64,000 nucleotides of DNA from Nostoc sp. (GTDB taxonomy: Bacteria > Cyanobacteriota > Cyanobacteriia > Cyanobacteriales > Nostocaceae). Positions 58,176 through 64,000 of this stretch are shown here, one piece after another (position 1 is the stretch's first letter; every line of letters begins with the position of its first letter). The stretch lies in assembly GCA_036918135.1 (NCBI GenBank), contig JBALDB010000047.1:1-64000 (forward strand), read 5' to 3'. The position numbers and the translations under genes are program-made. The notes below the pieces were generated by a model. The model was given only the letters and a program-made list of their open reading frames with translations, did not search any database and had not been told where the DNA came from.

Positions 58176-61100
58176 CTAAACTGCACCGAGTTCCCTTAAC
58201 ATTGCTAATTGAGCTGGAGTCAAACCACTAGCTCCTGTAATCTTCATCCCTTCGTATGGTCTTTTGGCTTTCAGTATCCGCAGACAAGTTCCCAATCGCA
58301 TATTCCATAGTCTAATTGTTTCATCCTCACTGGCGCTGGCAAGTATTGAACTATCCTCAGAGAAAGCAACTGACCATACCCAATTTGAGTGACCGCTGAG
58401 AGTTTTTAGACAACTTCCTTGTTCAACATCCCAAATTTTTACAGTTTGGTCGCTGGATGCGCTGGCAATCTTTTGACCATCAGGACTAAAGCTAACAGCC
58501 ATTACCCAGTTTGTGTGTCCTTTCAATGTCTGCAAACATTCGCCTGTACTAACATCCCAGATTTTGACTGTTTGGTCGAGACTTGGGCTAGCAAGTAATT
58601 TTCCATCAGGACTAAATGCGATCGCTCCTATTCTTCCTGTATGTCCTTGCAATATTTTGATACATTGGTCTTCTTGGAAATCCCAAAGTCTAATAGTGCA
58701 GTCGTCGCTGCCACTAGCCAAAATTTCTCCTGAAGGGTTGAAAGCTACCGCCGCAACTCGATCTGTGTGTCCCTGTAAAGTTAGACGACACTCACTGAGG
58801 CTAAGATCCCATAATTTTACGGTATGGTCAAAACTGCTACTAGCTAGCAGCTTGCCATCAGGGCTAAAGTCTAATGACCAAACTTCATCTGTATGACCTA
58901 TGAAAGTATGACAGCATTCACTATTCTTGAGATTCCAAAGTTTGATACTGGCATCTTGACTGCCTCCGGCAACTATTTCTAAATCAGGGTGAAAAGCTAC
59001 TGCTGGTAAACCTTGAGAGTATGCTTTGAACTCGTGTAGACATTTACCGCTCTCCGTGTCCCAGATTCTTAAAGAATTATCTCTGTGTCCACTGGCTAGC
59101 ATTCGGGCATTTGGACTAAAAGTTACGGCTTTAACCCAGTTAGTATATCCATAGATACTTGCATTACATCTACCGCTACCAACTTGCCACAGCCTAACGC
59201 TTTGGTCTTCACTGGCACTAGCAAGAGTTTGGTTATCTGGACTGAAAGCAACACTCCAGATTTGGTGGTTGTGACCTTTGAGAGTGTGCAGGCAGGTACT
59301 AGTCTCAACATCCCAAATACGGATAGTCTGGTCAGCACCACAACTAGCAATTAGCCGATTGTCTGTACTCCAAATTGCATCCCATATCCATCCGGTGTGA
59401 CCTTGAAGAATTCCCAGACATTGATAATTTTCAGCGTTCCAAATTCTCACCGTGCGATCGCAGCTACCACTAACTAACAACGCTCCGTTAGGACTAAAGC
59501 GAATTGCCCTAACCCAGTTCTCATGCTCTGTAATCGTATAAAGACATTCTCCGGTTTCAACGTCCCAAATTTTGATGAGATTATCAAAGCTGCCACTCAC
59601 CAATCGTTTGCCATCTGGACTGAAATGAACAGAGATTACACCAGCGCTGTGTCCGTGGAGAATTTTTAGACAACAGCCCTTTGATACCTGCCAAATCCTA
59701 ATAGTTAAGTCGCCACTTGCACTGGCAAGCATTGAACCATCCGGACTGAAATGAACAGAAATCACACTGCCCGTATGTTCAGACAAGTGCCAACATCGAC
59801 CAGACTGTAGATGCCATACTTTAACCGTTGAATCATCACTACCGCTAGCAAGTAGCTGTCCATCTGGGCTAAAAGCGATCGCTCGTACCCAATTGGTATG
59901 TCCTTGGAGTGTTAAAAGACGTTGTCGATCTGCAACTTGCCATAAATGAATCTCACAATTAGCATTCCCACTGGCGAAGATTTTGCCATTAGGGCTGAAA
60001 GCAACTGACAAAGCTCCACTGAAAGCTTGTGTGAAAATAGATTTAGAAAAATAACAGTGGGAAAAATCTACATTTTGTAAATTTACATTGTGTAGATATG
60101 CTTGACAAATAGTTAAGCGAGAAAAATCATAACTACTTAAATTAGCTTGAATTTGTCCTAGAAGATTAAGGATGTTGCCAGCTGCATATCCAGAATGGCT
60201 TAAAGCCTCTTGTTTCAATTTCTTGAGAAGTTCCTGGAATTGCCGCTGAATTTGGTTGGAACTACCTAGAACTAACATCAAATTATCAATAACTGGCCCC
60301 AGAATGAGACGAATTTGTGCTTGTCTTACATAGTCTTTGCTTTGGGCTTTAATTAAGGCATAATTTCTGATAAGTTCATGGCTTTGATTGAGAATTTCTT
60401 TATAGGTGAAAGCTACTAATTTATCGGTAACATACTCCATTAATACAGGTTGAAGTGTAAAGCGATCGCCCATACGCTCTAAAGGAATCTTCCGTTGCAG
60501 TACTCCTAACGTTGCAGGTAGCGCCATCTTGGCAGTTGATAACATCACATCTTCTCGCAATTCTGCTAAGGTCACTGGCTCTCGATTAATTGCTAACCAG
60601 TAGACCACCTCACAGCAAGCGGCGGGGAGTCGATGAAAGTGCCAGGATAAAAGTTCTTGTAAATCGTGAAAGACTGGCTTGCCTTCCTTTAAAAAATCAG
60701 CAATATTGCCAAAAAATACTTCTAGAATGTGTTTGCCGACTAGTTGCAGTGCTAGAGGATTGCCATCATAAAGCCCTATCAACTCTCGCCAATCGTCTTC
60801 ACTAGCTGTAAAATCACCAAGCTCGGCAATAATCTGTTTTGCAGCTTCGATATCCAACCCCTGTAAGATTAGGGAGCGCACAGGACGAGTTGGGCCATCC
60901 ATTAAGATGAGTTCTTGGGGTTTTTCGCGACTTGTCAGCAGCAAGCAACTCTGATGAGGCACTTCCCCAACTTGTTTAATTAACTGTCCATAGTCTTCAT
61001 AATCAGCTCGATACCGACCCATCGGGTCTCCAGCTTGTAGAAGAGTTTCGGCGTTATCTAAAATCAACAGACACCGATGAGTTTTCAAATACTCGATTAA

Positions 61101-61751
61101 CGAAGAGATGCAATCGCTAATCTTCTCTGGAAGTGTTATCTGCTCCTGCCTAGAAAGTACTTTAATTAAGTCGGTAAGTAAGTCAGATAAAGGAGGAGCG
61201 TTGAGAAGCGATCGCCAGATGACAAACTCAAACTCATCCTGGATACTCTTGGCTAACTGAAGTGATAAGTCTGTTTTGCCAATCCCACCCAATCCCAGCT
61301 TCACAGAAAGATAAGTCTTTCCAATCCCCCGCATTCCGACAATTGCCACACATCGAGTGCGATCGCGAATAATCCAATCCTCCAGTTTCTCTAATTCCTC
61401 TGTGCGACCAAAGAATACTTGCACATCAGGAGCATCTCCCCAGTCTGCGTAGGAATTGGAAGGTTGGTAATTTGTTGATGGAGCGATTGTATTATTTTGC
61501 CGTTGTGCGGCTCGTCTTAGTACTACGTGCAGATTATTCTTAGTAACTTTTTCACCTAAAACTTGAGAGAGCGATCGCCATAGTTCAGAACCAACATCTT
61601 TGATGTGACCGGGATTGTAATCGAACTCTATAGCCATCTCAAAGTAAGTCTGTCCTGCCCATGATTGAGAAAATACAATATTTTGAACTTTTGTTAAGCT
61701 TCCCCGTTCTAATAATTGCTCGACTAGTGCGATCGCCTCTTCAACCGTCAT
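58176..61751 (-). CDS. wHTH - NB-ARC/STAND NTPase - WD40 repeat protein
   Basis: N-terminal HTH-like segment; FFGRTEEL, P-loop GIGKT (twice), LLILDNAE, LLTSRE, GNPLAL; about 14 WD40 repeats. Confidence 0.93.
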   Translation of the reverse strand: MTVEEAIALVEQLLERGSLTKVQNIVFSQSWAGQTYFEMAIEFDYNPGHIKDVGSELWRSLSQVLGEKVTKNNLHVVLRRAAQRQNNTIAPSTNYQPSNSYADWGDAPDVQVFFGRTEELEKLEDWIIRDRTRCVAIVGMRGIGKTYLSVKLGLGGIGKTDLSLQLAKSIQDEFEFVIWRSLLNAPPLSDLLTDLIKVLSRQEQITLPEKISDCISSLIEYLKTHRCLLILDNAETLLQAGDPMGRYRADYEDYGQLIKQVGEVPHQSCLLLTSREKPQELILMDGPTRPVRSLILQGLDIEAAKQIIAELGDFTASEDDWRELIGLYDGNPLALQLVGKHILEVFFGNIADFLKEGKPVFHDLQELLSWHFHRLPAACCEVVYWLAINREPVTLAELREDVMLSTAKMALPATLGVLQRKIPLERMGDRFTLQPVLMEYVTDKLVAFTYKEILNQSHELIRNYALIKAQSKDYVRQAQIRLILGPVIDNLMLVLGSSNQIQRQFQELLKKLKQEALSHSGYAAGNILNLLGQIQANLSSYDFSRLTICQAYLHNVNLQNVDFSHCYFSKSIFTQAFSGALSVAFSPNGKIFASGNANCEIHLWQVADRQRLLTLQGHTNWVRAIAFSPDGQLLASGSDDSTVKVWHLQSGRCWHLSEHTGSVISVHFSPDGSMLASASGDLTIRIWQVSKGCCLKILHGHSAGVISVHFSPDGKRLVSGSFDNLIKIWDVETGECLYTITEHENWVRAIRFSPNGALLVSGSCDRTVRIWNAENYQCLGILQGHTGWIWDAIWSTDNRLIASCGADQTIRIWDVETSTCLHTLKGHNHQIWSVAFSPDNQTLASASEDQSVRLWQVGSGRCNASIYGYTNWVKAVTFSPNARMLASGHRDNSLRIWDTESGKCLHEFKAYSQGLPAVAFHPDLEIVAGGSQDASIKLWNLKNSECCHTFIGHTDEVWSLDFSPDGKLLASSSFDHTVKLWDLSLSECRLTLQGHTDRVAAVAFNPSGEILASGSDDCTIRLWDFQEDQCIKILQGHTGRIGAIAFSPDGKLLASPSLDQTVKIWDVSTGECLQTLKGHTNWVMAVSFSPDGQKIASASSDQTVKIWDVEQGSCLKTLSGHSNWVWSVAFSEDSSILASASEDETIRLWNMRLGTCLRILKAKRPYEGMKITGASGLTPAQLAMLRELGAV

Positions 61752-62352
61752 TTATCCAGGTATAAATACTATATGAATTCCCATCTTCGCATCATAAGCT
61801 TTACTTATTTAAAAAGTTTACGTAAATTTACCACTAAAATCCGACCTTTTTCTAACCGTCAATCTTTATACCAACCAATAGAGTATTTGAACAAGCAATA
61901 TTCATATCTCCAATTTCTTAGAAGATATCTAGCTAAGACAAGCAGCCTTTGAGCGTCTATGCTCCCAGTCGATTATCCCAATAACGCTTGACTGTACCGT
62001 AAATTTCTCCATTAAGTCGGAATTGAGAAGTGCAGAGTATTTTTATTTACTATAGTTACTTTGAAAATCTTACTTAGGAGGAATGAATTTCTACAGAGTA
62101 TGCCTCAAGCTAGATATAACAGACTATGAAGTTTTACTTGTAATTTCAGAAAATCTTTATAATTTATGGTTATTAAAAAAGTTTAGCAATCCAACTTCAA
62201 CAAAATCTAATCAAAAGCTGCCAGACAAAGTTTAGATAGTATTCTTTGTGTTTGATTAACTATTCTGATTGTTGTAATAACAAATATTTTCTTGAATTTT
62301 AAATTTTTGATGTTAAAAAGAAATAGAAATTTAGACATTGAGGAAAATTGTT

Positions 62353-62547
62353 ATGACTACAGTTAACTTAGTACAGTTACAGAAAAATTTGAATGAAGTT
62401 ACTTATCCACTAAGCAAACAAGATTTGCTTAAATATGCTGAAGAAAAAGGTATTGATGAGCGTGTTCTACGAGCTTTGAAGCAGTTGCCTTTAAAACAGT
62501 ATGAAACTTTAGCTGATGTGAGCAAAGCTTTAAATGCAAGTGAATAA
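62353..62547 (+). CDS. DUF2795-family small protein
   Basis: LQKNLNEVTYPLSKQDLLKYAEEKG....L.AL..LP...YET.ADV; gagga RBS before ATG 62353. Confidence 0.8.
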   Translation: MTTVNLVQLQKNLNEVTYPLSKQDLLKYAEEKGIDERVLRALKQLPLKQYETLADVSKALNASE

Positions 62548-62779
62548 ATAATTATCGATTGGAATGGTAAGAAATAATAGCAACTAAACTGACTAACACT
62601 TGTTCTACTTCCCAGCTTATTGAGAATAAATTTCGTTGTTGGCATAATGTAGTCGCGCTGTACCCAACTACTTGTTGTTCTAGTTACACTAGCAAAAGTT
62701 AGGAAGCATTATCTAGTTTTAAGAAGGGCTAGCCTTTTATCATCTCCACAATAAGTTAACTGCTAATTTTTACAGTCAT

Positions 62780-64000
62780 ATGCACGAACAAAGAACCCAG
62801 ATTTATTTAAATACAGTTGCGGCACTGCTCAATTGTTCTACAAATGAGGAAGTGATGCATATATTAGCAGTTAACTCTTGTTGGATAGATGAAGAGTTTT
62901 TAATTGTAATGGCACAAACCGCAGAGAATATAGCCTCAGTTGGTCGCAATCATACAGCAAATTGGTTACTTTCTTTAAGAAACAAGTTAGCTACTGATTT
63001 GTTAAAACAAGCAACTCCTTTGGAATTGGATCTTGAGCGCCTTTTCTTAATTGAAGTGTTGGAGACAATTCAAAAAAATCCGAACACACAGATAGCGTAC
63101 CTGTTATTAGTCGCAAATCAAGACAAGCTCAATGACAAATTAGCTGATGAGTTGCAGGCTTGGGCAAGGGATGTCTTGCCTAAAATGGAGGAAATAACAG
63201 GACTATGTACTGCACAAACTCTTGTCGATTTCAGTAACCTCATGAAAGAGTTTTCCGTAGGTAACTTAGAAATTAACATTGAGTTGGCAATTATCGGTTA
63301 TCAAGTAGCTGCAACGCTGATTACACGCGATCGCTTTCCTTATCAATGGGCAATTATACAAAATAATCTTGGGCTTGCTTATTCGAGGCGTCTTCGTGGT
63401 TCACTTGCCCATAATCGAGAACTGGCTATTTATTATCATACCCAAGCCTTGCAGGAACACACACGCGCATACTTTCCCTTTGACTGGGCAAGAGGGCAAA
63501 GTAATCTTGGGCTTGCCTACTCGGAACGTATTTATGGCATCAAAGCAGATAATTTGGAATTGGCTATTGGGTGCTACCGACAAGCATTACAAGAAAACAT
63601 CCGTTCTCATTTCCCCCAAATATGGGCAAGAACACAAAACAATCTCGCAATTGCCTACTCAAACCGCGTTTATGGTGAAAAAGCAGAGAATGTAGAACTA
63701 GCGATTTCGTGTTACAAACAAGCATTGCTAGAATACACGCTCTCTGGCTACCCAGAAATGTGGGCAGCAATACACAATAATTTAGGGAATGCCTACTGCC
63801 GTCGGAGTGAAAATAAAGCAGAGAATCTGGAATTAGCAATTGAGTGCTATCAACAGGCTTTGCAGCAATACAGCCGCGAACGCTTTCCCGAAACCTGGGC
63901 AAAAACGCAAAACCATTTAGGACTAGCTTTTTGCGAACGTCTTTATGGTTCAGTTGCCGAGAACTTGGAACGAGCAATACAATGTTTTAACCGAGCTTTG
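62780..64000 (+). CDS. TPR-repeat protein of the cyanobacterial TPR-CHAT type; 3' end runs off the window
   Basis: Not in the ORF track because it has no stop. Manual translation: MHEQRTQIYLNTVAALLNC... then 47-aa repeats FPxxWAxxQNNLGLAY..RI.G.KA.NLELAI.CY.QAL. Confidence 0.85.
   Translation, partial: MHEQRTQIYLNTVAALLNCSTNEEVMHILAVNSCWIDEEFLIVMAQTAENIASVGRNHTANWLLSLRNKLATDLLKQATPLELDLERLFLIEVLETIQKNPNTQIAYLLLVANQDKLNDKLADELQAWARDVLPKMEEITGLCTAQTLVDFSNLMKEFSVGNLEINIELAIIGYQVAATLITRDRFPYQWAIIQNNLGLAYSRRLRGSLAHNRELAIYYHTQALQEHTRAYFPFDWARGQSNLGLAYSERIYGIKADNLELAIGCYRQALQENIRSHFPQIWARTQNNLAIAYSNRVYGEKAENVELAISCYKQALLEYTLSGYPEMWAAIHNNLGNAYCRRSENKAENLELAIECYQQALQQYSRERFPETWAKTQNHLGLAFCERLYGSVAENLERAIQCFNRAL

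Noticed and set aside
63369..63977. ORFs 63369-63695, 63401-63583 and 63564-63977
   Set aside because: They are alternative frames of the long TPR gene starting at 62780

Overview
This window comes from the chromosome of a heterocystous (Nostocales-type) cyanobacterium. The evidence is abundant HIP1 GCGATCGC octamers, STRR heptamer repeats, and the ccbP, cphA2/cphB2 and vipp1/pspA genes. It mixes housekeeping genes (ferredoxin, natE/livF, beta-carbonic anhydrase, ubiD, menB, menD, folB, rbsK, dciA-like, P1B metal ATPase) with several accessory modules. (1) A tightly coupled four-gene ternary conflict-type operon at 14.3-19.1 kb encodes an iSTAND-like protein, a MoxR AAA+ ATPase, a membrane-anchored vWA protein, and a helical-domain/TM/GH25 fusion whose lysozyme domain has a remodelled active site. 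This is the best candidate for an undescribed system variant. (2) A phosphonate (2-aminoethylphosphonate) biosynthesis cluster at 44.9-51.4 kb has two cytidylyltransferase domains, no visible acceptor enzyme, and an inserted orphan secreted protein. (3) An ECF sigma / anti-sigma / Spy / DUF1800 / DUF1501 operon carries a visible autoregulatory promoter. (4) An HTH-STAND-WD40 protein with a tandemly duplicated P-loop lies between an atypical carotenoid oxygenase and a divergent DUF2795 + TPR(-CHAT-type) gene. Also present are a TIR protein with an internal 204-bp duplication (missed by the ORF track), an integrin-beta-like vWA-RTX protein, a PD-(D/E)XK-TPR protein, an Rpn gene with a candidate internal antitoxin start, a MazF-type toxin-antitoxin pair, and many nested MITEs and small dispersed repeats. 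I saw no rRNA, tRNA, CRISPR array or intact transposase. All family calls come from motif recognition by eye, not database searches.
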